A stretch of DNA of 64,000 bases from Felis catus (Eukaryota). Shown here one piece after another: positions 1 through 14,045 of this stretch (within the stretch, counting starts at the first letter, position 1; every line of letters begins with the position of its first letter). The DNA lies in NCBI RefSeq assembly GCF_018350175.1, contig NC_058368.1:156552001-156616000 (forward strand), read 5' to 3'. Below the pieces are notes generated by a model. It saw nothing but the letters and a program-made list of their open reading frames with translations, was not told where the DNA came from and ran no database searches. The position numbers were made by a program, and so were the translations under genes.

Positions 1-899
1 AGGAGTAATTATATATAAGCAGTTCTATGCCCGAAGAGACCAATTAACTTTTTTTCACCTTGATAATTAATTATTTTTATTCCCATACTGCAGATAGGAA
101 AATTGAGTTGAGGGTGAAGCAAGCATTTTCTTACATGTACAATAGACACAATTTTTAAATTCTACTTCACAATCTTATTTCCAGAAACAAGATGGTAAAG
201 TTTGACAGGATTTTAAGAAAATTTTTGTAGCCTCTTTTCCAGATCATATGAAAAGATATATTTTTAAAGCTTGTGAAATGTAAAAGAATATTTCTATATT
301 ATGTGACTTAACTGCATCATTTTATTAATCTGCCCTACGAAGTTCTCCCTCCCCATTTTAAGATCCATTTTAAAGACCATGTTAAAGATAACAGGTGTCA
401 AAGGTAAGAAATGTACTTGATAACCAGTACTGAAGACCTGTAACAGAGAAGTCTCATACCTTGCTGAAAACCTCTTATCTTCTCTCACCTTCAAGACTCA
501 CCCAATGCCTTGGCACAGCTAAAATACGTCTGGCCCACCATACGGAAGTGGTTGAAATTTGTTACATCACCACCTTTCAATTCCACCATCTTTTTTGACA
601 ATTACAAGGGTGTTAGTGCCTGATGAACTGGTTACCTAAAAAAGGACAGTGACAGTCCCTTTTCTGGGGAGATTTTGCTTTCATTGTTGATTCTTTTGTC
701 ATACCTCCATTCCAATCTTAGGCAAGGTCTAAGTGGGAGGAGTCCGACTTGATCTGCAACACAAGACGGTGAATAGAGGGAGGCAGGGCGAGAGGGTGCC
801 ATGCCCCACCAAAAATCAGCTAATTATTTATGTATGGGGGCTCCTCTTCTCATAAGTGATTCAACTCTATGATGATTAATGCCTTTATTAATAACTATT

Positions 900-1380
900 G
901 GCCCATTCACCATCAATGTACAATTGACATCCCTTGTCTTTTTACTCAGCACTCTGAACTTCCTTGTGGAAATCCTCCACCACCACCAATTCACAGTTTC
1001 TGGTGGAGCAGAACCTGTCTCTGGCTGCAGATGTACAGACACTTGAGCTAGACCCAGTCAATGACAGCAGTACCAGCTCCTGGTCATAGTAGTGGGAACA
1101 ACGGTGGGCCAATCAGAACAAGTGAGACTCAACTGAGTCTTTGGACCTACTGAAAAAGAGAATCTCTTCTTTCCTGACCAAAAGCTACAAGACTGTAAAC
1201 CTGGGGGTGTTGATGGACACTTCAGGGACATCTTGCTTGGGATCAGTGTTTGCACAAATGAAAACCAAACCAAGAAATGGCAAGAAACTGAGTTCTGATT
1301 CAGTCACATGCATCCCCAGATCCAGACATGTCTGAAAGTATAATTTGACTTTCCACACATACACATATAAAAGAAGGTAA
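900..1380 (+). mobile_element. Degenerate ERVL-type solo LTR (LTR16/LTR33-like); boundaries approximate
   Basis: Motif order ggccaatcag...gagaatctcttctttcc...gactgtaaacctggggg...cccagatccagacatgtctgaa resembles the recalled LTR16/33-family consensus. Confidence 0.45.
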
Positions 1381-4097
1381 AGAGGACAGTTCAAACACTT
1401 CAATGTAATTCTGAGACCTGGAGGAGAAAAGAGGTGCTGTGGGCCACAGTTATTCTCATAGCTATAATGCCACCACCCCTCTTCTCCTCCAGTCAAGAAA
1501 GAGAAGAGATTGCAATTATGTGGGTGACACTTTAATGAAAGGAGGTCTCTGTTCTCCCTTCCCAATAGCCTCCTGGTTAATTAAAAACAGTTTCTAATCC
1601 CTCTGTGTTCTGGAAAATGTGGGGCTTACTTTCCTGGCAATTGTTTGATTAGGAAAGTAGGATGAGCAGACAAAATGTAATTTGAAATTGAACACCCAAA
1701 TTCAATTTTTCTCATTGTCTTAGTAAATTCAGGTAACCCACATTGAAGGAACTAAGTCTGTCTGTTAGACCTTACAATTCAGGGTAAGGAATCATTTTGG
1801 GGACATATTTCCTGAGGTGTAAATGGAGTGGGATCTCAACCGCAGTTGATAAAGCAAGATAAATTATTCCAAGTTTATTTTCTTGTGTTTCCGATTGGCT
1901 TCCAGCAACATTCTTGGCACACAGTGCTATTGTTCACAGAAGCCGAGGTAAATAAAATCTTCAGAGAAGATTCCCTGCCTTCACATCTGTTCAACAGTGA
2001 TTTCTAGCCCTGCACATTTGTTTACCTATGTCAACTCTAAGGGTAGGGCACAGGTCTAATGTGGCCAACCCACTAAATAGTAGTGATTGTTTATTTTTTA
2101 GAGTTAACAACCTTTTTATATTATTAGATATTATGAGCTAGATTTCCCCTTAATAGTTTGCAGTAACTTTCTTAGGCCAAAATTTTATCTAAGGAGCAGG
2201 AGGGTTCCTGGCACAGCATTGTACCACTGACCACTGTACCTTTTAGGGAACTGGCCTCAAACACTATGCTTTCAAATAGTTCATTCTGAGACCTCTCAAA
2301 GTGGATGAGAATTCACGATGAACAAACTTGCATAAGGTTCTCTAGGTCTCCGGGCATTAATGATCCTACAGAACCTTTCCCATGTGTTATCTTGTGGGCA
2401 AGCTGTCTTGAAGGATAGGAATTCCACTGAGATGATATGGGATGTGTTCTTCCCACGTTTGCAACAGCCCGCATCTCCTTTAAAAAATATACTTTATTGA
2501 CCTGTTATCACTTTGGACTGAGCTGTACACAGAGCAAGAATAGAAGAGAGAAAAAAAGAGAGAAAAAGAGTACATTCCTAGTGTACTGATGGCATAGCTT
2601 TATTGTCACAAAAGAGGTGAGAGCTTAAGAAACAATCTAGTATTTAATTAGTATTAAAAAATAGTGTTAAGATTAAACATCTTAAAGCCCAGATAATTAT
2701 TTTTGGCAGATGCCCTGTTACACTATATTTGCTTACAAAGCTAACCACTCTGAACAGGATTTTGTCACCTAGGGTGGCAGGTTTTGTTGGAGGACTCACA
2801 GGAAGTTATAAGGTTAGCGATGCTATAAGTTTTCTAATGGGACCTTGCTTATGCCTAAGGCGGTGGGTGTTTCACAGCACTCTCTAACATTTTTCCAGGC
2901 TAAAATAATCAGTCATGCTCTTTGGCATCAGATTTTGAGGTTTGTGAGAAAAATCTTGTCCCGTTCTCAGTCCATGTCCATGTGGAGGCGAGGTGGCATT
3001 TTACAGACGTATGTTTTGGTTAGGCTTCTCAACTTTTAAAAGAGTTGTCAACTATATTCCCATCTCAGCCGAGGCTTAAAGCATGGTCTGTCCCTAATTG
3101 GCAACAGAATATTTGCACTCCAAGTACTTGTCAAAAGAGGATAACGCTGAATGCTTGCTGCCCAGTGCCTATCAAAAATCAGTCATGAGAAATTGTATTT
3201 ATGGAAGGTTGCCTGAAGGACATGCATTCCCGTTTAGATGTTCTAAATTTTATTTTTGGGTTTAGCCAAACCATTTGCGAGTAACATACATAAACGCCAT
3301 GGCTATGCTGCATCAAAATAATAGTTATCATCTGTGGTCACGTGCCTAGCACAGAGACGCTTTTCATACACTGGCAATAATCTTTAAAATAATTGTGCAA
3401 AGTCAGGGTCAAGAGCTGTTTTCCAGGGGAAGAAACAACCTCAGCACCATCAAATCACTTGCTCAAGACCACCCAGGAGGAAATGGCAGAGTCACAATTC
3501 AAACCAAAGTCTGCCTGGCTCTGAATTTCATGCCCCGTGAAGCTAGATCTGCTTTTACTGAATTGCATTCTGGTGTTACAGCAGCCTCTACTGAGAGAAA
3601 TTAGAAGAGAATTCTATGAAGCACAGAATTGTATTGAACTCTGGAGATTTGGTTCAACTTTATGGAGGCTCTTGAGTAAGCATTTCTGAGATCTTAATAC
3701 TGGATATAATTGGGCTTTCACTGAGCAACTAATAGGCTTAATATAAAAATATTAAGAAGATTATGAATCATGATAGTGTTTCCCTTCATCTACTTTCTGG
3801 GAAGCCCAGATCCCAAGTTTTGATCTTCCTTTGTCTAGTACTTGAACTCTTCATGTGCCATCTTTACCCCTAGTATCTTATTTACCCTCCCAGTCGCTGG
3901 CCATCAGTGTGATTCCTTTACTTACACATTCACTTGTCCTACTGCATGTATTCTTGTCATCTACTTCCATTATTTTTCTGGAAGGAGATAGGATATATTA
4001 AAACTGAAACAAAAAGTCTGCACTTACTAGGCATTGACTAAATGCTTAATAGTTAGAATGCGAAATTTAGTTAAAATGCTAAATGGCATTTTATGTA

Positions 4098-4266
4098 TAG
4101 TAAGACCTTGGATTGTGAGTAACTTCTTCTGTGAGTTTTCCTCAAGACAGGCAAATATTTCTAATAAATTTTGACTTGATAAGCAAGCAATGTTTTGCAA
4201 TATGAGTAGTATGTGAGGCTGAATGTCACATGACCACAACTGAGCCAGTGGTTTTTCCCTCCCTCA

Positions 4267-4303
<37 letters not shown>

Positions 4304-4882
4304 ACTGCGGGATTATAGGCGATCACTTCCCATCCTTGGATGCTGAGTCTCAGGCTGCAGTGTTTGGCAGAAATCAGTGATTTTTTAGAATGTTGGAGGG
4401 TGCCTGCACCGGGCATTAGTATATTTTTTGTCACTTCGAAGCACCTATAGACAATCCTTTGCTTCTCCATACAAGAGTTAGCTTAGGAATGCTTTACTTC
4501 ATTCTAGGTCATTCGTTAGGTTCCTTGTTGAAGTTGCACGAAAAGAAGATTCCATTGAACCAATAGATAGCAGTTATTCCATTAATGATAGTGAAATTCG
4601 TCCTACACAATAACCCTCTTTCTGGTCTCCCTCACACAAGCTATGAAGGTTTTCAAAGGTAAGTGCAAGTTAATTTGTTTATTTTTCTTTATATTTTGTA
4701 TGTTATTATTTTGTATTCTATTACAGTATTGTAATCATTTTTATATGAATATTTTTGGATTGTGGAACGAGTCAGCTGCGTTTCCATGATTTCTTATGGG
4801 GCAATTTTCTTTGATGTACAAGTACTTTGGGTGACAAACATGTTTCCATAATGAATTATGCTCACAAACCAACGTTTTACTG
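4098..4882. mobile_element. Non-autonomous Tc1/mariner (Tigger/pogo-like) DNA element with ~25-bp imperfect TIRs
   Basis: Left end ta|tagtaagaccttggattgtgagtaactt; reverse complement of the right end cagtaaaacgttggtttgtgagcataatt. TA on the left flank, TG on the right. Internal (CT)n at ~4267-4302. Confidence 0.65.
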
Positions 4883-4899
4883 TGTTTTCTTTTTAGTCC

Positions 4900-5045
4900 T
4901 ATAGCAACTGTGAATTAGTTTATATTACTAGCCCCATTTACAGAGGAGAAAAGTGAGGCTCAGAGAGGCTGAATAAAATGCCCAAGGTCACACAGTAGAG
5001 ACAGATTTCTGGCCGACTCCACAATCTGAACACATAACCACTATG
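4900..5045 (-). mobile_element. MIR SINE fragment
   Basis: ccccattttacagaggagaaaagtgaggctcagagagg...cccaaggtcacacag is the reverse complement of the MIR core. Confidence 0.8.
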
Positions 5046-6694
5046 CACGTGTCTTTTCAGCTTCACATTTTAGTGAGTTAAAGGGAAGAGATGGACACAA
5101 TATGATGAGACTAAAAGGAGACATGGGGGAAAGGAAATAGGAAAGGTGGGGAAAAGATTCCCTAAAGGGAAGAAAAAGGAATAAGGAAAAGTAGAGAAGA
5201 GAAAAGTAGGGTAGAGAAGAGAAAGAGCACAGGACAGGGATGGAGTATGTTCACAATTCTGCCTCCAAAGTATGTAATTATACGAACTCTCGGAAGGACG
5301 TTTTCGTTAAGTGCCAGCCCGGAGTATTACCAACACACAAACACCAAGTCTGCATTATAAGCTTCTGTACCTCTTCCTCTTTGAACCACTCCTTCATGCA
5401 AAGGGTCTGCTGTTCCTTATTGCTATTGATCCTGTGTTCTGTTTCTGTACTCAACCCAAGTAGATTCTACCATTGGATGGAAAATGGGTCCACTCTCTTT
5501 AGAGCACATGATATAGCAGAGGCAGCATTCAAGAGAGATTTCATGGTGTTCATTTACAGAAAAAAAAAGCCTGTTTTTTTCCCACTCCAAATAAATTCCT
5601 CTCTATTATTATCCATGGAAGTAAACAAAAAGAAGACTTAACCACACAAATGAACAAAACCAAAACCAAACTCCTATATTTTTCTGACCCTAGGCAAAGA
5701 AATCATCCTCTTTTGGTTTCTTTCCACAGCCAGGGACAGGAAAGGTGACTGGATGGGGGGTGGGGTGGGGCAGTGGGGGAAAACACTCCTGAGAAGCACA
5801 GCTGTTTACATAGACTTCTATACATCACAGTAAGTTTGAATTTGAATTTATAATTAACTCTCCAAAACACTTTAAAAGTAGCCCTTGCTGTATTAGAAAA
5901 TAGCTTCTCTGCTTTTACTTTCAAATTTAAGATTTATTTTTAAAACGAAGGGTTTTTCCCCCCAGGAAATTTTAAAGGAACTGCTATAGATTAAGAAATG
6001 ATAGGAGTTTTACAAGTTTCTATTGGCTAGATGTGTGTGATTTTACCAGGTGGAAATATCTTTTAAGTTTATTATCTGTCATAGTGATCATCTTTGAGAA
6101 ACTGTATGAGGCTATGTAATTGTTGATTTCTGTGCATCCAGTTTGGACTCAACATTCCAAATAGGAGAATTTGAGTTTATTTTCCAGATCAAATTCTGTG
6201 TTTGATTAGGGTCATTCCCAAAGGAGGAAGTATATGTTTGGAGGATGAAGATTCTTTATGTTTCTACCTGGAAGCACTATTTCAGGGTCACACTCTAGGC
6301 ATCTTTCCTCCTTTCGTGGCAGAGATTTACAAACACAGATAAATTGGGTCATTTTTAAAGGTGCCTTGATTCTTCTTCAACTGGGATGAGCTATAAAATG
6401 GTGAAGTAAGCACTAGGTTTGCTCCCAGGTGTAGCCCCAAATCCACCACCCATGAAGGGGGTTGTGAGGTACAGTATGGCACAACGATCAGCCAAGATTG
6501 TTTTGAAGATAATGCATGTGAATGGACTTTGTAAATGGTAAAACATGAACAAATTAAAGATAATTAGATCCAGATCCAGGTTCATATCTAGCTATAAATA
6601 AAGCAAAGACTCTGGATTTTCATTCTGCTACTGTCAATTAGCTAATATTTATCAAGAGCTGTTAGATTATGCCAGAACACACTGTGCTGTAAAC

Positions 6695-6903
6695 TTTTTT
6701 TTTTTAATTCTTTTAATGTTTATTTATTTTGAGAGGCAGAGAGGGAGAGAGAGGGAGACAGAGGGAGACAGAATCCTAAGCAGGCTCTGCTCTGTCAGTG
6801 CAGACCCCTACATGGGGCTCAATCTCAGCAACTGCGGCGAGATCGTGACCCTAGCCGAAATCAAGAGAAGGGTGCTTAACCCACCGAGCCACCCAGGCGG
6901 CCC
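6695..6903 (-). mobile_element. Can-SINE (SINEC_Fc-type, older), tRNA-derived
   Basis: Poly-T, tttatttattttgagag, a (GA)-rich tract, then ...cttaacccaccgagccacccaggcggccc (reverse complement of the head). Confidence 0.92.
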
Positions 6904-8304
6904 TGGAGACTTCTTTAAAAAGGAGGCGACTGAAGTGCAGGATCACATTAAGAGCTCAACACCAGTATTAGTAACACAGCATTGCCACCAGACTGCAGAC
7001 AGAGAATTAAGTTGATAAATGGGAAGGCCAAGAAAAATTCTACACTACTATATGATTATAGGATAAGGTAGTTCAGAGTTGATGACATTAAACTAAGGAT
7101 ATTCCTGAACAGGACAAAATGGGCCTACATATTATTTTCCAGTTCATTCAATTTTTCTATCACTAGAATGCCCAGTAAGAACCTCTGAGCCACAGCTGTA
7201 TGCTTCCAACAAATCATAAAACATTTGTCTTTTGTAACCTTACACAAAAATATGCTTACCAAGAATTTTTATGCCAACCTTGTTTAGTTTTTAAACTCTC
7301 AAATTTAATGCCAGACGTGATCTTTGAATGTCCTTTAAGGATACACTGAAATTTTTCTTTATAGGTGACAGACACCTGACATTTTAACCATTGTGCATGG
7401 TATTTCATCTTGTCTATGGGATTTGTTTTTAGGAGTCAAAGGTGCTTAAAATAAGAATCCTTCATGGAATGTAATTAATGTAAGCTTTAATGAGCTCAAA
7501 TTAAACTTAAGATGTTTAAGAGTGTAAATGTCCACAAGAATTTCATGGGATGGATATATATGTGTTCTGGTGGCAAATACAGAGGTATTCAGTTATTTCA
7601 AATAATAAAAAAGATGAAAAGAACTTCATTAATGTTGATAATATTTAGGCTAGAGAGAAAGGGCAGAGTAAAGTTTTAAATAACAAATACTTCTTTGGGA
7701 TTTTTTATTGATCAAGTATCAACCTAGGACAGTTTTTTAATGAACCTACTGACATTTAATTTGGGTGTTAAACGATTTCTAAATACTAGGCACCCCCAAG
7801 GTTTCTGCAGTTTCCACTTTGAGTTCGTGATTCAACCACTTGGAAAAGACAAAGTCTCACCTTCTTTACACAAATGCTTGGGAATCATTTTATAATGGAG
7901 TCCTTCCTCGCGTATGCAATTTGTTCCAAACTAGAGTAAGAGAAGATACAATGAAAAGCTGCTCACATTGCCAAAGGAATGAGAAAAGTTGTCCACTTCT
8001 CCCTCTGCTTTCTTCAGTGTAAGAGAACAAAGTTCATGAGTCATCACCACACTCTCACAAGACAGAACCTTTCTTCCCTAGCTTTCAAAGCTTAATTTCT
8101 ACCTAAGGTTATTTTTGCCCGGGAAATATATGGGTGATTTCTTTGATCGACAGCTAAAACATTTAGATCTCCCTCTATAAAGTGCTTTGAAAAAGTGCAT
8201 TTGTCTTCTTTGACTCACAGTCTACGATTTATCCTTTGACTTCTTCCCTCAGTCATTTTGACACAGGTTCTCTTCTCTTGCTCTGGGCTATCTGCGTGCG
8301 CGCT

Positions 8305-8316
8305 TGTGCGCGCGCG

Positions 8317-8369
<53 letters not shown>
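8305..8369. repeat. Compound microsatellite (GC)9(AC)22
   Basis: Read directly: tgt gcgcgcgcgcgcgcgcgc acacac... Confidence 0.97.
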
Positions 8370-8371
<2 letters not shown>

Positions 8372-10899
8372 GTGCGTGCACACCCCTTCAGAATGACTTA
8401 ATGACAAGTGGTCTGATTCCGAACACTACCTTAAATTTCAGCTGCCCCGTTGGCTCCTGTACTTACAAAGTCTGAATTTACTGTGGGCCCTTGTAGTGCT
8501 ATTTTTGACACATCATTAAGCTCCCTTTTCATTGGGAGCCTAAGGGCATATTCAGGCTCACTGCGAAGAGCTAGCCTAAATAACGGTTAAAACACGTGTC
8601 ATGAGCTGCAAGGGGCTTGTTTGCCAGCAGGGCAAACAGTTCACTGCAGCTCAAGCAATACCCTACAACAGGGTGGGTAGAGATAATGAGATAACCACAC
8701 ACCACAAGTGAGTTGTTCATCTTTGTCTTCAAGCATCTAAGAACACAGTTATCTCAGTAGGCTGGTGCACCCCGGGGAGTTATAAATATCTTTCAGAAGG
8801 TAAAGAAAAACTGTCAAAGAAAACACACCCGAAAAATAAAAGCAAAAGAAGAATTGTGAACAATTTTTTAAAGCAAAATTCCAGCTATATGAGAACTTAC
8901 TGAATCAGGCCAATTAGTTCTCTGTGCCTTTTTTTTTTTTGCAATGTTTTATTTTAATTGTATGCAGATTTATTCTAATGTTATGATGCTAATCAACCTT
9001 TGTAGCTATAATAAAATAAAGGCAGTGTCAACACCTCATCAAGTAATCACACTGCTTCTTTTATCCTAGAGACTGTATCTTCCCTACACAACACCTAAGC
9101 ACTATAAAAATTATTTATACAAATAAACTATTATCTAAAGACTGAAAAGGCGTAATAAATTATGCGTAATATGGCCCAATTATGTGGTAATTTCTTTGTT
9201 TTAATTATTTGTATAGTTTTAATGAAGGGGTTGCTAGAAGGTGGAACCATTTTTATATTTAATGGAAAAAACAAATTTGTTTTAAAGAATGAAAACAAAG
9301 ATAATTGGCTCTTAAATTAGAGGCATACTAATATATGCATGTTCCTAATTTATTACCAGTATTATTACTTTGTTTGTGCTATCAAAACTTTTTTCTCCGG
9401 AGCTCTGATGTAGGCTATTCAAGTTATTTTTCCCATTTCTGTTAAATGTATTAATATCTTGCTGTTCATCAAGTGCCAAAATAAAGGTTAAAAAAGTTCC
9501 CTAGATTATCTACAGAAGAAAAATTGGGGTGGGTGATGACAACTCTGATCTTTCAAGATGCAGTTTACGAATGCATAATAACTTAAGAAAGTGAGAAAAA
9601 AAATAGATTTATCAAGAAAAGAGAGAACTATCCTCAATTCAACACAGCAAATCAGCAAATTTCTTCAGGGAAAGACATCAAATTTGAAAGGCATCAATAC
9701 TTTTCTGCTGTCACCAAACTGTTATTTATGCTCATGTGCCAGCTGGATTTGTGTATGTGCGTGCATAATCTTTTTCTCACCACTGATGTCATCATTAAAG
9801 CTGTACAAGAATTTTGATTTTCGCTTTGCACAATCTTCAGGAGAGACTTGGACATTATGGTGAAAGTTTGTGACAAGTTTGTAAAAGTAAGAAACACAGG
9901 CTTTACGGCAGTGAAATTTCACCACTGCAAAACAGAGGAAGGTTGCCTGACCATGTACGCTTTTGCCTCTCCAGTGTGCACTGTAGAAACCACACAGAGA
10001 AATTCTAGAGAGATAGGTAGCTCACCATTTGGGGGAAGGAAGAAAGACATTTAGAATTACCCACATGGGACTCCCTAGAACGAGCTGCCCTTTTTGAGTT
10101 TTCAAGCATATTCTAGAATTATTTCAAGACTAGTGATTTTACAACAACACAGAAAGATACCGACCATGGGGCATCCATTTCTCAAGGTAGAAACTAGTAC
10201 TGCTTTTTATTGCTGTAAACCCCATTTTTGAGGTTTATAAAGCCTTCAAGATACTGAGGCTTTTAAGTGTTTTCATTTATGAAATCTCAAAGCTGTGATG
10301 AATTAATTTTCAGAGCAGGAGGCAATAACGAGGAACAAAGAGACCTCGTACAGCACTCCAGGGGCAGCTAAGTGTAGAGAGCTCAGGTTGCACAGGGGAC
10401 AAGCAGACAGGGCAGAGGGTGGAGCCTATGAGAAGGGTCCCTTCCTATAGAAGTACCATGGCTTCATTCAATACTCATTCTGACTGGCCTGACAGGTCAA
10501 GTCAGGAAACATGTCCTTCGAACTCTTTCAGTGGCGTTTCAGTTTTTCCAGAAACAACGTAACCCAAGATAACCTATCGCCAACAAAACTTCATTGGGAC
10601 ATCTCCCAGTTGGATTGGATGACGGTGTGCCATGATTGTATATTATCTTTCTTAGTTTAGTTAGCTGTTATAAATGCCAAAGTTTGAGAGTTTGGATGCT
10701 GGGGATTTGGAAAGGGAAGGAAAACGGATTGTTATCTAGTGTGTCTTATGGAATTTCAGTGAATATACCTCTTTCTTATATTTTCTTACTGTATTCTCAC
10801 AGAACCGTACCAGGTAGGTCTAGGTTTCCCTCTTCTGACAGAGGAGCTAAGTGAAGGTCAGAGAGGCTTGATAACTTGTCCAAGGCAACCAATTTAACA

Positions 10900-10930
10900 A
10901 AATAAATAAATAAATAAATAAATAAAATAA
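10900..10930. repeat. (AAAT)n microsatellite between two MIR-like fragments
   Basis: aaataaataaataaataaataaataaaataa; flanks ~10820-10890 and ~10945-11035 resemble MIR pieces. Confidence 0.8.
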
Positions 10931-12049
10931 AGGAGTTACAAGGGCCTGGGCATTAACACCGGCTCTGTTCTACTAGCTCTATAGCACTGGGCAAGAGACC
11001 TCCCAACTCTGGGCTTTGCTGCCTCATCTATACAGTTGTTGTTTGTTAAGAGCAGAGATGCTATCTATGTATGCAACTCAATAGGCGCCTGATCCACCAT
11101 ATGTGCCCACTAAAAGCTGTGCTTCTGTCCGTGCTCTGATCCTGAGGACTTCTCAAAACCATGACAGAGGCACAATCTGCATTCAGGCTGTTTTTCTTCA
11201 AAGCGCTTGCCTTTTCCTCAATATAGCTCTTCAAACTGGATTCTGGGAAGAAATGAATGAAATAACAAATCCATCTGTATGTCTGCATTGTATCACTGAG
11301 AGGTGCCAAAGGTATAGAAATGCCAGTCCTCAAGGGCTTACTATCCAGCTGGGAGGAGAAAACACACACAGAGGACCAATTTAATACATAAAACATGATA
11401 TTGTATTGTTAAGCAACAGCATGACGGTAAAGACAGCAAGCACTTTAGGAGTTGAGGGATTTTCATTACTGCATCTCTTCACCTTCTCCAGTCTCCTGTG
11501 CTTTTCTGGTTACCATGGTGGCTGGAATCAACCGAGATTCTCTATAAAGACACTTGGGGTTGAGACTTAATGCTGCAAGTTTTGCACCACGAAATTCCCT
11601 TTCTCTAGTGATTTTATAATTTCACTCATCTGAACCCGTGTCTTTGGAATAGATTTAAAAGACCCACATGATGGCTCATGGTTTTGTCCTAAGCAGCAAC
11701 CTTAGTTTCTTATGTAAACTGGAGCCGATAAAATTTGCCATTTCCTATTTATAACATCTTTGCTTTTCTTAGACAAAAGGACAAGATAAGCAAGATAATT
11801 ATTAGATCCTGCTCTGCCGTTTAAAAATCATGGACTTAAAAATTAAGGGGCCATTTACATGCCAGAAAGAAAAGAGGTTTTGATTAGGAATATTCTCTCT
11901 GTACACAGGACCATTAACAATGCCAACCTTAAGAGTGCTTTTTCCCTAAAAGCAAATCTTACTGAAAACCTGACTTTTAAGCTCTTTCCAGGAAGCTTCT
12001 ATGGTTTTTACAAAAGCAAAAATGAGTCACGTGGTCCCTGGAGAGATAT

Positions 12050-12175
12050 CAGAGCACAGTGGTGAGGAACAGAGTCCAGAGCTAGTCTGTTTGGGTAGAA
12101 GATCCACCACTTAGCAGCTATGGGTCTCTGGGCAAATTATTTCACTTCTCTGTCCCTCAGTCTCTTCTCTAAGTA
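12050..12175 (+). mobile_element. MIR fragment
   Basis: accacttagcagctatgggtctctgggcaaattatttcacttctctgtccctcagt matches the MIR core. Confidence 0.7.
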
Positions 12176-13689
12176 AGTATCTGAAATCTGAAGCCCTTGT
12201 ATTTTAGGGTGCAGATGGGGGCATTGGTTAATTGATTGGTCATCTCTTAACATCCAAGAGTCTTAATAGGGGCCCCCAAATCAGATTACTCTTTGTGCTC
12301 AAGTAAGGGTAAAGTATTAATCTGTATACTTAACATCATTTTATGCTTGGAGTCAGAAAGGCAGATATCCTGAGGCACAGCTCTTGGACGGAACTTTTGG
12401 CAACGATATTTAAACATTCCTTTACATATCACTATTTGATTTAAGGCAGTGATTTGTTAACTGGGTCATCTGTAACACATATCCTTTCCTTTTTTTGGAA
12501 ATACACCTGTTTCTGGGATTTGATTTGGCTCCTAATTCAAACAGACCTCCAAGTGCTCTGAAACAAAATCAACCTAAAATTACACACTTATCTAGAGTTA
12601 CATTTAGGCCATATGGTTTAAGTTGTCCAAATGTCACAGAAGCAACAGCAGCAGCCATCATCATACTTTGCACTTACCCAGCATCTTTCCTGCCAGAATA
12701 TTATGTAAGTTATAAAAGTTTCATTAAGACAGAGGTGTTAACCCTAATTCCAAAAGGACAGTCACTTAACTGTTATGTTTTGTTTTGGCTCTGTTTCATA
12801 GTGAATTGCAACATAGGAGTTTCTTCAAGTCTGTAATGGTTTCATGATGGCATTCTTATAACTGATAATGCCCAAAGTGTGAACTCCTATAATATGGAAG
12901 ACAGATGGGAGGCATGTAGGACCAAGACCTTTTTCCTGGGTCTTTGAGAAGACTCTTCACTAAATTAGTAGACTCAAAGCATTACAGTCTGAGGACAATG
13001 GCTAGAATGTCATTACCAGAAACTCCTGTAGAAATAATATACACTGGAAAAGTCTGGGCAGTAAAGAGATCTCAGTGCATCACTTTAAATCTTTACCCAC
13101 CTGAATTTGAAATTCTCTCTCAGATTACCAGACCTGCTCCTTAGCATCCACCATCATGCCATATATGTATAGGAGGTGGTCAATACATCAATGTTGAGTG
13201 GATAGACATATTAAATACATAATTAGTTTATTGCAGCCCTAACAACAGAGAGTGTCACAGTATGTGTCTGCAGTACATGTGATGGATATAGGCAGAAAAA
13301 AAATGGTAAGAGGACACTGGATGAGAAAGATGATGATAGGGTTGACCAGGTTAGGCATAAACTGATTGAACTGAAAGGATTCTCAGAGTTGTTCATATTA
13401 ACTTCTCTAGGTAGTGTAGTGTGACTCAAGATAAAATTCCATCATTATTTTGCCTAGAATTAGTCCTATGGTACTATGTCTGGAATTACCCAGGCAGAAG
13501 ACAATGAAGATCTATGCTTGCCTCATCATTAACCAAATAACCTTTTAACAAACTGATCAACCAACCCATATGCTATGTGCTGGGACAGAGGCATGAAAAC
13601 TTCTTTCAGATGCTGTTCCTGTAGTCTATAAACTTATAATGAAACTCAAGAGCTCAAAAATTCAATCTTTTAAAATATACCCCGCTTTT

Positions 13690-13946
13690 TCCTGAGAAAG
13701 TTAACAGGAACCCATGGGGGAGGGGAAGGAAAAAAAAAGAGAGAGAGGTTAGAGTGGGAGAGAGCCAAAGCATAAGAGACTCTTAAAAACTGAGAACTGA
13801 GGGCTGATGGGGGGTGGGAGGGAGGGGAGGGTGGGTGATGGGTATTGAAGAGGGCATCTTTTGGGATGAGCACTGGGTGTTGTATGGAAACCAATTTGAC
13901 AATAAATTTCATATATTTAAAAAATAAAATAAAATAAAATAAAAAT
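13690..13946 (+). mobile_element. 5'-truncated felid L1 (3' UTR plus A-rich tail) with target-site duplication
   Basis: G-rich 3'UTR, ggaaaccaatttgacaataaatttcatat, (TAAAA)n tail. Direct repeat taaaatataccccgctttt at 13671-13689 and 13946-13964. Confidence 0.93.
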
Positions 13947-14045
13947 AAAATATACCCCGCTTTTGTCCAGTACTGATACTTGGCTATTGCCCCCACATTG
14001 AAGTCATCACAGTTAAATATCCAGAAAGCGTTTGTTGTTATTGCT

